Positions 27,340 through 40,725 of a stretch of 64,000 bases of DNA are shown in pieces. The first letter of the stretch is position 1. Each line of letters opens with the position of its first letter. This DNA is from Mobula hypostoma. Its lineage: Eukaryota. Position numbers and translations under genes: made by a program. Where the stretch lies: contig NC_086105.1 of the NCBI RefSeq assembly GCF_963921235.1, positions 119,164,001 to 119,228,000 on the forward strand, in the 5' to 3' direction. The notes beneath the pieces were generated by a model. That model was not told the origin of the DNA. It saw only the letters and a program-made list of their open reading frames with translations, and did not search any database.

Positions 27340-28870
27340 ACACACACAAATGCTGGAGAAACTCAGTTGGTCTGGAAGTATCTATGGAAATGAATTTTCA
27401 TTTCCATAATTTAGACTTTTCAGGCTGAGACCCTTCATTTGGAATAGAAAAGAAGGGGAAGATGCCTGAATAAGAAGGTGGGAGGGGGAGGGGAAGGAAG
27501 ACAAGCTTAAAGGTAATAAGAGAGGAAGAGGGAGATAAAGTAAGAAGCTGGAAGGTGATAAATGGAAAAGGCAAAGGATTGGAGAAGAAGGAATCTAATA
27601 AGAGGGGAGAGTGAATCATAGGAGAAAGGGAAGGAAGAGGGCACGGGGAGGAAAGAATGAAAGGCAGGTGACAAGAAGAGTTGAGAGGCCAGTGTGGGGA
27701 ATTGAAGAGGAGGGAAGAGGGAGGGGGGGAATTACCGGAAGTTGGAGAAATCGATGTTCTTGCCATCAGGTCGAAATATGAGGTGGAATATGAGGTGTGG
27801 CTTCTCTAACCTGAGAGTGGCCTCACCATGGCATAACTGAAGGCCGTGGACCAACATATTGGAATTGGATTGGGGATAGGAATTGAAATGGTTGGCCACC
27901 AGAAAATTTCACTTACAGCAGATGGAGCTGAGGTGCTCAACAAAGTAGTCTCAAATCTATGTCGGGTCTCACCAATGTAGAGGAGGCCACATTGGAAGCA
28001 TCAGATACAGTAGACAACCACAACAGATTGCCACGTGAAGTCCTTCCTTACCTGGCTTTTTGGGGCACTGAATGGAAGTGAATGGGCTGGTGTAGCACTT
28101 TTGCTGTTTTTAGTGCCAGGAGAGAAATTAGTGCAGAGGGATGAATGGGCAAAGGAATCATGGGGGGAGGAATCCCTGTGGAAAACAGAGAGTGGGGGGA
28201 GGTAAAGTTGTGTTTGGTGGTAGGGTCATCGAAGATGGCGAAGTTGAGAATGATGTGCTGGATGTGGAGGCTCCTGGGTGGTAGGTGAGAACAAGAAGAA
28301 CTCTATCCCTGTTAAGGTGGCAGGAAGATAGGGTGAGTGTGGATGTCTAGGAAATAAAGGAGATGCAGGTATGGGCAGTATCAATGGTGAAGGCAGGGAA
28401 ACACTGTTCTTTGAAGAAAGAGGACAACTCTGAAGAAAGAAAGGAAAGAAAGGTCTTATCCTGGGACCAGATGAGAGGGAGATGAAGGAACATTTTTACA
28501 GGAAACAGTATGGGAAGGGATATAGCCAAAATAGCCATGGGAATCAATGGGTTGATAAAATATATCGGTAGACAGCTTGTCTCCAGTGATGAAGATAGAG
28601 AGTTCCAGAACGGAGAAAGTGATGTCAGAAATGGACCAAATGAATTTAAGGGCAGCTTGGAAGTCAGAGGTAAAGATGATGAAATTGACAAACTCCACTT
28701 GGGTGCATGAAGCAGCACCAATGCAGTTGTCATTGTAGCACAGAAAGAGTTGAGGAGCATTATCTGTGAGGCTTGGAACTTGGACTGTGTCACTTAGCCA
28801 ATGGAAAGGCAGACAAGGCTGGGGCCCATTCGGGTGCCCATGGTTACATCTCAAATTTGGCAGGTGTGAC
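27340..28870 (-). mobile_element. 5'-truncated Penelope-like retroelement family A (RT, GIY-YIG, pLTR), decayed
   Basis: RT remnants (YNDNCIG; LKFIWSISD; LSTDIFYQPIDSH) at 28456-28870; GIY-YIG VVYCI*CFQCGLLYIGETR at 27961-28020; degenerate hammerhead at about 27411-27445. Confidence 0.9.
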
Positions 28871-30249
28871 TGTGATGGCAGAACAATTGTCATAAAGACA
28901 TTACAAACTGGAAGTGGAGCTGACAATAAGTGGCATAATATTATTAAATTAATTATATGCTTTAGACATATTTATGCACACAGCTGTTTCCTCAGCAACT
29001 TGGATAATTGTCATTCATGATCATAAATCTGATTGAGTATCTTGTAACTACATATGTGAGGAAGTCAGTGCAAATTCCTAATCAGTTCTTCATGTTTGAA
29101 TGAAACTCCCACCTGCTTCAGGCAAGTGCTGATAGCTTGGATTTTGCATGCTATGTTTAAAATAGCCAAATATTCAAAGTTATGGATCAATTTTCAAATT
29201 ACATTTTGTGTGACTTGCAACTGCTTATTGGACAAAGCTAATTGGAAAATTAATGTTATTGAACCAGGGTTGGAATATTTAATTTCATTGCTCAGCATTA
29301 TATGCAGTCAACTGATTCAGTGGTGAGCATTATTTAACAAGAACCCTGAAGGGTCTTGCCAAAATGCTAAATAAAAATATTTATTTTCCCTTGTGTTCAT
29401 CTGCATAGGCCATCTCCAGTGAATACCTCCAATAGATTTAATCATTTTAGTAGACAGCTGGCAGCTGGGAAAGGCAGTATACTTGTAAAATTCTGAACTA
29501 TCAGGATGAGACACTAAAATTGAGGAGTTCCAAACCCTCCATGACTAACAAGAATTTGAAATCTACTTGATAAAAAAATTCCAGAATTGAAATCCTACAA
29601 AATTATTAGTGACCACAAGATTACAGGATTGTTTTAAACACCTCTGATTCTTCAATGTCCTTTAGTGAAAGACAAGCATTACCCAGCTATGTGTACAAAT
29701 CATTAACCAGCCATTTTAAATATTACTGTAAACTGTTCAGTTCAAAGACATGTTGGGATGAAAGTAAATGCTGGCCTGACTATGAGCCAGCAATTTTTCA
29801 GTCAATTTAACTCTTATTAGTTTTTTTCTTTAATTTTTATCGAGCTGAATTTAAGTTTTACATCTTCCATAATTGGATTTGAACTCTTTAGTCATCAGGT
29901 CTCAAGATTATTAATTAGGTAACATAAACAACATTACATGCAAAGCAACCATTACAACATCTGCATGCTCAGGATAGGAAAATAATGTAAAATGTAAAAT
30001 AACACCCAGTGCCAAATCAACAGTCCAAAGCACTGTTATACCTTCAAACAAAACGAAAAACCAACAAACAACATAAAAACACCTTGTACACACCCTTGCT
30101 GTCGACTCAAATGAGCTGTTGCCTCCAGTGTAGTATTCTCCCAGTTGCTGCTGCATGAATGGGAGAAGTTTATTGGCTCTCAGTGGAAATAGATTTAAGT
30201 CAACCTTGAAAGATGGCTTTAAACAACATGATATCTAAAACCAATCGCT

Positions 30250-30705
30250 TCACACACAGAATGCTGGAGCAACTCAGCAGGTCAGACAGCATCCATGGAA
30301 ATGAATAAATAGTTGACATTTCAGACTGAGACGCTTCTTCAGGACTGAAAAGGAAGGGGGAAGACACCAAAATTAAAAGGGTGGAGGGAGGGGAAGGAAG
30401 CCTGCTATAAGGTGATAGGTGAAGCCAGACGGGTGGGAAAGGTAAATGGCTGGAGAAGAAGGAATCTGATAGGAAGAGGAGAGTGGACCATAGGAGAAAG
30501 GGAAAGAGGAGAGGCACTGGGGGAAGTAAAAGGCAGGTAAGAAGAGGTAAAAGGCCAGAGTGGGGAGTATGAGAAGAGGGGACGAAGAGGAAGAAAAAAT
30601 TACCGGAAAGAGAAATCGATATTTATGCCATCAGGTTGGAAACTACCAAAAATGGAATCGAAGGTGTTGCTCCTCCACCCTGAGGGTGGCCTCATCTTGG
30701 CACAT
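30250..30705 (-). mobile_element. Penelope-like family A 3' fragment with near-intact hammerhead (30311-30347)
   Basis: Minus strand: cagtc-CTGAAGA-agcgtctcagtct-GAAAT-GTC-aact. Confidence 0.8.
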
Positions 30706-31308
30706 GGGTTGTTGTTGCTAAGAATATGTGTTAGTACGTAAATAGTAGATGGAAGAGCTGCTGCCACTCTGAGACTTCACCACAACAGTGGATAGCTGGA
30801 GTCCGGTGATGCACTTTGAACATTGGCATCTAGCAGGTAGCAGTCTGAGACAGTGTGATAGAAGTCTTACCCTGCCGTACCCAGCCGGTGAGTAACTATT
30901 GCTGTGATTATAATTGCAGATTGATACAATGGCATGATGGATGGAATCAGAAAATATTGAAATTTAACCTGTCATAACCAGCATCTTTTTCCTGCGGCAA
31001 AAGGCAAACTGCTGGTGAAACTCAACAGTTCAGGCAGTATTCATGGAGGGAAATAGGCAATCAATGTTTCAGGTTGAAACACTTCATTTGCTCCAGGTTC
31101 CAGCATCTGCAGTCTCTCACATCTCCAGCTTTTTCCTGTTGGCTATGTCATCAAAATGCTCATCTGAGCACTCTGCAGAAGAGCCTTTCCCTCTGAGGTG
31201 CTGCCTCCTTGCACTATCCTTTCTTTCTGATCTGGCTGGGAACACTCTTGTCCAGAACACACCACATAAATATCTTGCCACTTCTACCTTAGTTATACCG
31301 TTGGTATC

Positions 31309-32661
31309 GAAGCATGCTTCGATTGTCCCTGTACCAAAAAGACCAAGGTAACATGCCTGAACGATTGGCGTCCTGTTGCACTCACCTCAATAATAAGCAA
31401 ATGCTTTGAGAGGCTGGTCAGGGATTACATCTGCAGCTTGCTACCACCCAACTGGACCACTACAATTCGCCTACCAACACAACCACTGGACAGACAACGC
31501 CATAGCCACTGATCTACATACTGTCCTTACACATCTGGAGAGGAAGGATACTTATGTGAGAATGCTGTTCTTAGACTATAAATTCAGTATTCAACACCAT
31601 AATTCCATCCAGGCTCAACAGGAAGCTTAGAGACCTCAGCCTTGACCACATTGTGCAAATGGATCCTGGACTTCCTGTCAGATCGCCGACAGGTGGTAGG
31701 AGTGGGCTCCTTCACTTCCAACCCTCTGACTCTCAACACAGGAGCCCTTCAGGGCTGTGTACTAAGTCCTTTCCTTTACTCCCTGTATACCTATGATCGT
31801 GTCGCTCCCCACAGCTCTAACCTGCTAATTAAATTTACCAATGACACTGAACTGATTGGCCTAATCTCAAACAATAACTAGGTAGCCTACAGGGAAGAAG
31901 TCATCTCTCTGACACAGTGGTGTCAAGAAAACAACCTCTCCCTCAGTGTTGCAAAAACAAAGGAGCTGCTTGTGGATTACAAGAGGAATGGAGATGGGCT
32001 AACCCCTATTGACATCAATAGATCTGGGGTTGAGAGGGTAAACAGCTTTAAGTTCCTCGGCATCCACATCACTGAGGACCTCACATGGTCTGTACACACC
32101 AGCTGTGTGGTGAAAAAGGCACAACAGCGCCTCTTTCACCTCAGACGGTTGAGGAAGTTTGGTATGGGCCCCCAGATCCTAAGAACTTTCTACAGGGGCA
32201 CAACTGAGAGCATTCTGACTGGCTACATGACTGTCTGGTATGGGAACTGTACCTCCCTTAATCACAGGATTCTGCAGAGAGTGGTGAAGACAGCCCAGAA
32301 CGTCTGTAGTTGTGAACTTCACATGATTCTGGACATTTACAAAGACAGGTGTGTAAAAAGGGCCCAAAGGATCATTGGGGACCTGAGTCACCCCAACCAC
32401 AATCTATTCCAGCTGCTACCATCCGGAAAATAGTACCGCAGCATAAGAGCCAGGACCAACAGGTCCCGGGACAGCTTCTTCCACCACGCCATCAGCCTAA
32501 TTAACTCATGCTGATTTGAGTGTATTTCTATGTTACATTGACTGTTCTATTTATTATAAATTATGATTGCACATTGCCCATTTAGATGGAGACGTAATGC
32601 AAAGATTTTTATTCATGTATGTGAAGGATGTAAGAAATGAAGTCAATTCAATTCAATTCAT
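31309..32661 (+). mobile_element. Rex1/Babar LINE, 5'-truncated, decayed RT
   Basis: IVPVPK; LNDWRPVALT; LQFAY; YVRMLFLDY; GALQGCVLSP; KFTNDT; SFKFLGIHI; KKAQQRLFHLRRL; (AATTC)n tail. Confidence 0.9.
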
Positions 32662-32779
32662 TGCTTCTGGTTCAGATTAACTGACGGTGTCTATATATAT
32701 ACTCCTTCTCTTGCCCATCTACCAGATTCTTGCCAGAATGTGGTATACTGGATTCTTATCCAGAATAAGGATAAAAGCA

Positions 32780-33200
32780 TAAAGATATTGAACCTTACAG
32801 CCAGGAACAGCCCCTCAGCCCAGCATGATGCTAAATAAAACTAATCCTATCTGCCTGAACATAGTCTGTTTCCCTCTATTCATCATCAGTTCATCTATCT
32901 GTCTCTTAAAAGTTGCTATCGGGCTGTATCTGCTTCCACCACCACCTCTGGCAGTGTGTTTCAGCCACTTATCACTTTCTGAGAAAGTAAGTACCTGCCT
33001 CACATATCTTTAAACTTCCCCCTTCTCACCTTAAGCTTCTGCTCTCTGGTATTTGATATCCCCAGCCTGGGAGAAAAAAGACTCTATCTTCCTTGTGGAT
33101 GCCATTCGCAATTTCGCATACTTTTTGTGGGTCTCCCCCTAGTTTCTGATGCTCCACAGGGAATAATTCAAGTTTGTCCCACGTCTCCTCATCGGCTAAG
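32780..33200 (-). mobile_element. CR1-type LINE 3' fragment
   Basis: Similar to 41820-42255. Confidence 0.6.
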
Positions 33201-34485
33201 GTTATGGTAAAATGGGATGAGTGGAGAGTGGGGTGTGTTTGTGGGTGTAGAAACAGAGAGCTCCATGCTTTCCATATCCACAATATGTAAATCAGAACTG
33301 AAGGGCAAGTGGGAGGTGAGAAGTATGAGTTCTGAGCTCACCTTCAGCTTCATTGCTCTTAGTCATTGATAATTGGTTCATCATTATCACACATTACGGG
33401 ATACAATACAGTGAAAAGCATCTTTTTTGCTTGCCATTCAGGTATGTTATTCAACACATAAGTATATCAATGTCAAAGGACAAAGAAACAGAATGCAGGA
33501 TGCAATGTTGCAGTTACAAAGAATGTCCAGAACAGGTAGACAAATACTGTGCAAGGAGCATGACAAGTTGGATTGAGAGATGAAGAATTCATCTTTATCA
33601 AACAAGAGGTCCATTCAAGAGTTTCAGCAGGATAGGAGCTGTCCTCATTTTGCTGTGATCCAGGGCAACTGATTTTTGATAGCATTTTTTATTTTGCAGG
33701 GGAGTGGTGATTAGTGGGGCTGTGGGTGCAGTGAGGAAGAGGATGCAGATGTGTTGATTCTCTGCAGGCTTGAATCAGCTGGTACCATTTTCTCCTGCAG
33801 GAAAGAATGAAATGTGTCACGGAGTGTATTGCAATAATAATGTGCGTATAATGGTCGAATTACTGGATGAAGCTATTGGTTGTGAGTTGTCCTTGACCAG
33901 ATCCAGCTGAATAGCCATATGTTAATCTGACATAGTCATAGAGCATGATTTCCAGCACTGCCCACTTTAGTCCTAATTGAATAGAAACTGTTCAACATTT
34001 AAGCAGGACACAAAGAATCTTCAGTGCAGCACCAGTGTGAACATCTGAAAAATATGTTCTCACTATGTCTTACCTCTCTGCAATCTATACAAGGTTAAAT
34101 TTCCTTTTAACTCACAATAATAATGCCTTCAGGGTGCATATAAGTGTTTAATTAATTTTATTGATAATAGCTCTCCATTATCAGGAGACATTCAGTGAAT
34201 GATCAATAATCACAACAAATCTCTTTCCTTTTCCATCTTGCAAATGGGCTGCTCTTTTTGCACATGCCTGGCTTGTAGTGTGAGTAACCTCATCCACATT
34301 AAAATCTACCTACACATCTACTGGTAATAGTATGAGAGCTGAGTTGACCTGCATACTTACCTAAGTACAGTATTCGATTCAGTATTTTGGTGTCCTTTTA
34401 TCATGTATCTGTGACCTGTGACCCTGTTTGATCATTCGTTATGTGCCATGTCATATAATATAGTTGATTGTGGTCTTTCACAGTC

Positions 34486-34615
34486 TGTTCTGATGAAGAG
34501 TCTTGGCCCAAAATGTCAACTGCTTCCTCTTCTCCATAGATGCTGCCTGGCCTGTTGAGTTTCTCCAGAATTTTGTGTGTGTTGCTCTGGTTTCCAGCAT
34601 CTGCAGGTTTTCTCA
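34486..34615 (+). mobile_element. Penelope-like family A 3' end with degenerate hammerhead
   Basis: CTGATGA (34490-34496)-agagtcttggccc-AAAAT-GTC-aactg, followed by the family 3' end. Confidence 0.75.
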
Positions 34616-34945
34616 TGCTCGTTCCATGACCATGATTGTTCTTGGCATATTTTTCTACAGAAGTGGTTTGCCTTTGCTTTCTTCTGGAAGTGTCTTTATA
34701 AGACGGGTATTATCAATACTCTTCAGAGATTGTATGCCTGGCGTCAGTGGTCGCTTAATCAGGACCTGTGATTATGCACTAGCTGCTCATAGGAACATCC
34801 ACCATCTGTTCCCATGGCTTCACACAACCCGATTGGGCAGGCTGAGCAGGTGCTACACCTTGCCTAAGGGTGACCTTCAGTCTAGCAGAAGGAAGGAGCG
34901 CCTTACACCTCCTTTGGAAAGGACGTATCTCCACCTCGCCAACCC
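34616..34945 (-). mobile_element. Unclassified short retroposon (SINE-like, possibly RTE-type tail)
   Basis: GC-richer discrete block of about 330 bp abutting the Penelope end; family not confidently recognised. Confidence 0.35.
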
Positions 34946-35287
34946 TGTACTTGTCATTAATTATGCCGTCACAGTGATTGAGAAATTTAGAGGGGATCGA
35001 AGGGGAACCTTTTTCACAATGAGAATGATGGCTGCTTGGAGTACACTGCCTGAGAGAGTGACGCAGGCAAGTGTCACTGACAGATGAACACTTGAATTGT
35101 TTAGAAATAAAAGTCTATGGTGAAGTACTGAAAGAAGAGATTAATATAGGTGGGTCAGCATAGATATGGTGGGCTGAATGACATGTTTCCACACACTGTG
35201 ACTTTAATAGCTATATTCTTCTTAGCACTCCTAAGATAATTGGCATGCTCAATATAATGTACAATCTTAAAGAGGAAATAAATATAT

Positions 35288-35590
35288 ATGGCCAGGTGGT
35301 TAAGGTGTTCATCTAGTGATCTGAAGGTCACTAGTTTGAGCCTTGGCTGAGGTAGCAAGTTGTGTCCTTGAGTAAAGCACTTAACCACATATTACTCTGT
35401 GACGACACCGGTGCCAAGCTGTATGGGTCCTAATGCCCTTCCCTTGGACAACATCAGTGGGGTGGAGAGGGGAGACTTGCAGCATGGGCAACTGCTGGTC
35501 TTTCATACAACCATGCCCATGCCTGCGTCCTGGAAACCTTCCAAGGCGCCAATCCATGGTCTCACGAGACTAATGGATGCCTATTATTTT
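35288..35590 (+). mobile_element. tRNA-derived SINE with CORE-like segment, copy 1
   Basis: A-box tggccaggtggttaagg; B-box-like agtttgagcc; gtgtccttgagtaaagcacttaacc; highly similar to 59757-60066. Confidence 0.8.
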
Positions 35591-36989
35591 ATTTTTATAT
35601 ATATATATATGAATTGCATCAATAAAAAAGCATGATATGGACATAACAATATTGAAGAACTCTGAACAATTTAGGTGAGCTGATTCCCTGACTTTGGGCT
35701 GTTCCGTATATCCAGTTGAGAGCCTGTGGTAGCAGCAACTGTGACAATGGGCAAAGCAGTGACCATTATTTCGAGAGGTGATGCCGTGGATGTCAGGTGA
35801 TTGCTGCCCTGTTTCTGCTTCATTTCAGGGGTGCCTGCAATCTTGCTTTTACCATGTAGAAGACTAAAAATTCAACTTCATATCATCCAGTTTTTGGAGA
35901 TTCAACTAATTAAGATGAGAAGCAAATCTAATTAAAGATTAAAATTCTGTTCAGGATCTCTTAAGTAGTTGAGTACAGATCTGAAAGAAGAGGAATTTAT
36001 TGCATTATTAAAACTTAATATAATCTCAAGACAATTTGAATCCTTCTATTTGTAAGAGGTATTTATGTAGAAAATTACTGAATCATAACCTAATAGTTGT
36101 TCTTACCTTGTACAGTGCTGTGATGTGTGCTCCATTCAAGCATTTACTTGCACTTGCAGAATAATACAATGGATTCTGGAATTGTAAAGTGAAAAATGGT
36201 GCATTTTCAAAGCTGAAATTAGTTAATGACTTCATTGTGTTGCCATTCTGAGGTGGCTTGATTAGTCAGACGGTTGATTCATTTTCTTTTTAGAGGGTAA
36301 TCTTATTGCCCTTCCAATCAGGTCTTCTGATTTCAGATAGGTTTCTTGGGATTCTACTCTCATTAATTTGTTTCAGAGACCTTTTTGTGACTGAACTAGG
36401 ATGGACGCATTTTCCAGGTGTAAAGTTGGGGCATTTGCAAATGGAGGCAGGAAAGGGTGTTGTCGAGAAGGAAGGTTGAGAGGAGAAAATCTAATTCCAT
36501 GCAATAATGTCCTGCACCTTGAAGGCCTCCTGTACATACTTGGAGCATTTTTCACTCTTCCCTGCCAAACAACTGAACCCAGAAAATAAGGAATTAAAAT
36601 AAGGGAATATGTTGACTGTTTTGAAAGCAGTAGATGTTGGGTCGGCACCTTTCCACTTTACCTGTTGTAGAAGAAGCTGCTTCCAAGAAATAATAAACTT
36701 TTTAACAATCCTTTACATCCAGTAGTGCTCTTGCCCATGATCATATTCTTCCATTTTTTCTCCTCTTACACCCTCCTGAATTTGCCTTCAAAAAGAGAAG
36801 TGGCTAGATTGATTTGGGGCAGTGGTGATAGCTTCCACCACATACTTGTAACATCACCAAGAAAAATGCAGGGGCTAAACCAGCCTCTTTAAATGTGGAC
36901 CACAGACCTTGGAATCCATCCTTCACTAAAGGCAGTGATTGATGATGGAATTTGCCATCACTTTCCATGAGGAAAGAGAGGAGAAGGTG

Positions 36990-37570
36990 ACTTGAAGATC
37001 TGGATCATAGAACAGGCACAAAACACATGGCATCCGTACCTATGTGCTTCTGACATCAGGGCTACATACATCAGGCATTTCAAGGCACAGGAAAAATACC
37101 AGGAAAGCTGTCTTCACAAACCCTTTCAAATCCACTGGAAGGATAAGTGTACCAACAACAGTGTCCTTTCCTAGGCCAATATTCCCTAGTTCTCTCAGTC
37201 AGCTGTGTTGGGTTGGTCAAGTTTCTAGCATGTCTGTCAACAGGTACCTGAAACAGATAGGTCTTGAGCTCTGTCATGGGAGGAGATTTCCAGGTGGATA
37301 GGGAAAAGAGAATCAAGAATGTTTTTAATGCTTTCTTTAAAAAGTGCAAATCCCCGCTGACTCCTGGGAACCTCTGGCTCATGATGGCTCAAAATGGAGA
37401 AATAGCATCCAGGATTATATTAAGAATCTTAAATTGATGCATCAAAAACACACAGAAATGTTGAGTAACCAATGGAAGGAGCACTCTATCCCACTATCTA
37501 CCCACCTGCCATCTGCTGCCTCTTCTGCAGTTACTAGTTACTTCAGAATCCACAAAACTGGAGTAAAGTT
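36990..37570 (+). mobile_element. RTE-clade LINE 3' fragment
   Basis: RHFKAQEKYQESCL...QIHWKDKCTNNSVL; LCWVGQVSSM; ELCHGRR; WEPLAHDGSKWR. Confidence 0.75.
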
Positions 37571-38939
37571 ATCCGTAATTCTAAAAGAGAATGAGGCAAT
37601 TGGCCCTTTCACATTGGTGAGCTTTGACAGTATTCCTTGACTATTCTGTTGAGTTTTGATTAGATATTAGACTGATCTGTCCTGGGATTGGAATCATTCA
37701 AGAAGAATTTGCCTAAAATTGAACATCAAAGCTAAATAAAGATTTTAGCTCATGGGCAGAATAAGAAATATAGTAACTTAAAATAGCATAGTCTTTTATT
37801 TAGACAGCAGTTTTAACAAAGTGCCTCTGTTAAAACTCTAGAAGCTTTGGACTTTGAACATTGAAGTATAAATGTGCTTGTTACCAGTAAAATATTAGAA
37901 CAAACTCAAGCTGGTTTTTGTTATTTTCTGCTGGGGATTTGAGGTTGTTGAAGCATTCAGGCATGATGTGTGCTGAAGGATTGTCTGGGCTACATTAAGT
38001 TCAGCTTCTTTTCCCCGCAGATTTTATTTTTATCCAGTGTCATGCATGAAATGTAACAACATCTTTTACACTTTTACCTTGCTTCTTTTTTTAATTTAAG
38101 TAGAAGCTCTGCATCTTTTTTCTGTCCCCCCCCCCCCCAGATATTTTGGAAATATAAACACAGTGGAATAAATGGAGTGTGTATATGTCATTCAATGTTA
38201 GACTTGACCTGAGTACAATGTTCAGTTATGATACAAAGGTTTTCTCACATTTGCACTTTAACTGGAGTCTGACAGCTGTCTGGGAGCGCCTTTCACACTC
38301 CTTTGATAGGTTTTACACCAGATTTTGAAAATTAGTTATGGTTAGACTCTCTGAAAGATGGTTGATGTCTCTGATGACTGGTGACCCCTGTACAGCTGAT
38401 TGATCTCCCCTAGTACATCATGTGTCCTTTTCAGTCTAGCCTTTGCTGGTAAACGATCAGTTGCAGACTAGGATCCACATCAACCTTCTCTCCACCAACC
38501 CTCTGATACCTCCATCAAAATTACATCCCCACTAAAGTCAATGAAAGGAAAACCAATCGCCATCTCCTTATGTCACCTCACCATTTTTTCCCTAATCTAT
38601 TAATCTCTATGCAGATCCACACATAGGAAGGTTGATCCTTTGATGACAGGATCCCATCAATGCAAAAATGGAATCAAACAATAGTCAACAAAAGCACTTG
38701 AAATAAGGATATTGGAATGCAGATTTTTTTTTCCAATTAGGAATCCTTGCAAAATGTTTAGATTATGTGCCAGCATTTGACAAAAAATATCACACAGGCA
38801 ATCAACATATGACAGATGTGAAAATGCATTTGAGAGGGACAATGGATGCTGTATGCTAGAAAATCTTAAAAAACTATAATTTATTACCTTGTAGATTTAT
38901 TATCAAAGTATGCATATGTCTCCTGGGTTTTATTTTCTC

Positions 38940-39740
38940 TGACTCAAAGTCATCTGGATACTTTCCTTTGTAATTGGGTCAAAGACCATCTCAATGGCAG
39001 GTAACAAAGAGTAGTAGTTGTTGGTAGATTTTGTGATTGAGAGTTTGTTATCACTGGGATCTTGGGGCTTCATACTCATATACTTGCTTTTGAAAAATGT
39101 ACTAATAACTGAGAACTGAATGTTGGAGACCTGATAAAGAAGTTTGCAGACAATACTGTAGTTGGATAGTGAGTGTATATGCTTTAGACAGATGGATAAT
39201 ATAAATAATCTGTTCAGTTGGACAGGAACCGAAACTTAGGTATACTGTACAGTTGAGAAGGTGCAACAGAGCAAGGAACCATACAATGGGAAGATATTGG
39301 GTGATGTGGAGGAACAGAGGGATTTTGGGATATAATTGTATAACTGCTTAAGCAATGGAATATCTATAAATTGTTTAAAAATTCATCTGGATATTTTCCT
39401 TTGCTCCTTGAAACACAGAGTATTAGCTAGTCAGGGCACAGTATAACCTTCTTGTCCAAATAACCTCCCTGTCTAGTCATTCAATTACAGAAAAGAGAAG
39501 ACTGCAAATGAGATTTACCAGAATTTTTCCAGCCCTAGATAGTTATATCTTTTTATGTCTTGGAAAAGAAAGAAGCTGAGGGAAATTTAATGAGGTATGC
39601 AAAATTAGGAGTAGTCTGCTTAGAGAAATATAGATAACTTCAGTAGAGGGGTCAATAACTGAGGAACATTGAATTAAAACAATTTCTAGAGGGATTAGAA
39701 GAAAATTGAAGAAAAAAAATCTTTTCACCTAAATTGTGAT
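38940..39740 (+). mobile_element. Old CR1-type LINE fragment
   Basis: KFADNT motif (aagtttgcagacaatact) and decayed downstream CR1 motifs. Confidence 0.6.
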
Positions 39741-40652
39741 GTAAGCCAGTAAATCATACAGGACAATGATGTATTTCCAAATCAGAATGGCGTGCAGTTT
39801 GGAAGGAATCTTGCAGAGATGGTGTTCACATGCACTTGCTGCCCATTCTTCTTGTTGGTAAAGGCTGAAGATTCAGGAAGTACTTCTGGAGGAGCCTGGT
39901 CAAGTAATTGTCAATCATTTTGTGGACAGTATGTGGTAGAGTCACTCAACAGTAGAGGAGGGAATGATTCTTTAGGGTGATCAATGAAGTGCCAGTCAAC
40001 TGGGTTGCTTTTTGTTGGATGATCACAAGCTACTTGATAGTTTTTTATGCCCACCTATTCAGACAAGTGGTCAGAATTCTATCATCCTGCTGAATTGTGC
40101 CTTCCAGATGGTGGAAAGGCCTTTGAGTGTCAGGGAGTCGGTTACTTCAGGAAACACAGATTCTGACTTGCTCTTGTAGCCATAGTATTTATGTACTTAA
40201 TGTAGCTCTGTTCTGATCAATAATCATTACTAAGATATTAATGGTAGTAGACACTGTGATGGATATGCGATTGAATGTTAACTGTAGGTGCTTAAATCCT
40301 CTCTTGTTGGAGATTACCTTTGCCTGACACTTTCATGGCATGAATGTCTCAGCTCATGCCTGAATGTTGCTAGTCTTTCTATAAGAGCAGGGCAGAGGCT
40401 CAGTATCCTGCAATGAGTAACTCATATCCTGACCTCAAAGCTTTCAGATGAACATGACTTGCTGAGGAGCCATGATTGGAATTAGACTCTGTGCAATTAT
40501 GAGAGAAGGGACATACTTTTGACATTATGATGGAAAGGCAGTCATTGATTAAACTGAAGATGATTGGGCCTAGTCTGAATTCATGAGGAAATCTTGCAGT
40601 GATGTCTTGGTGTTGAGGTTATTTTGCTCTTGAGATTTGTATTGCCATAGAA

Positions 40653-40725
40653 GAGAGGTTCCCAACCCTTTTTATGCCATGAACCAATACCATTAAGTCT
40701 GTGGACCCCACTTTGGGAGCCCCTG
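40653..40725. mobile_element. hAT (Charlie-like) mini-MITE, 73 bp
   Basis: TIR gagaggttcccaa / ttgggagcccctg; imperfect 8-bp TSD ccatagaa / tcatagag. Confidence 0.65.

Noticed and set aside
34503-35087. 194-aa ORF, the longest in the window
   Set aside because: Runs across three adjacent repeat fragments (Penelope end, SINE-like block, CR1 end).
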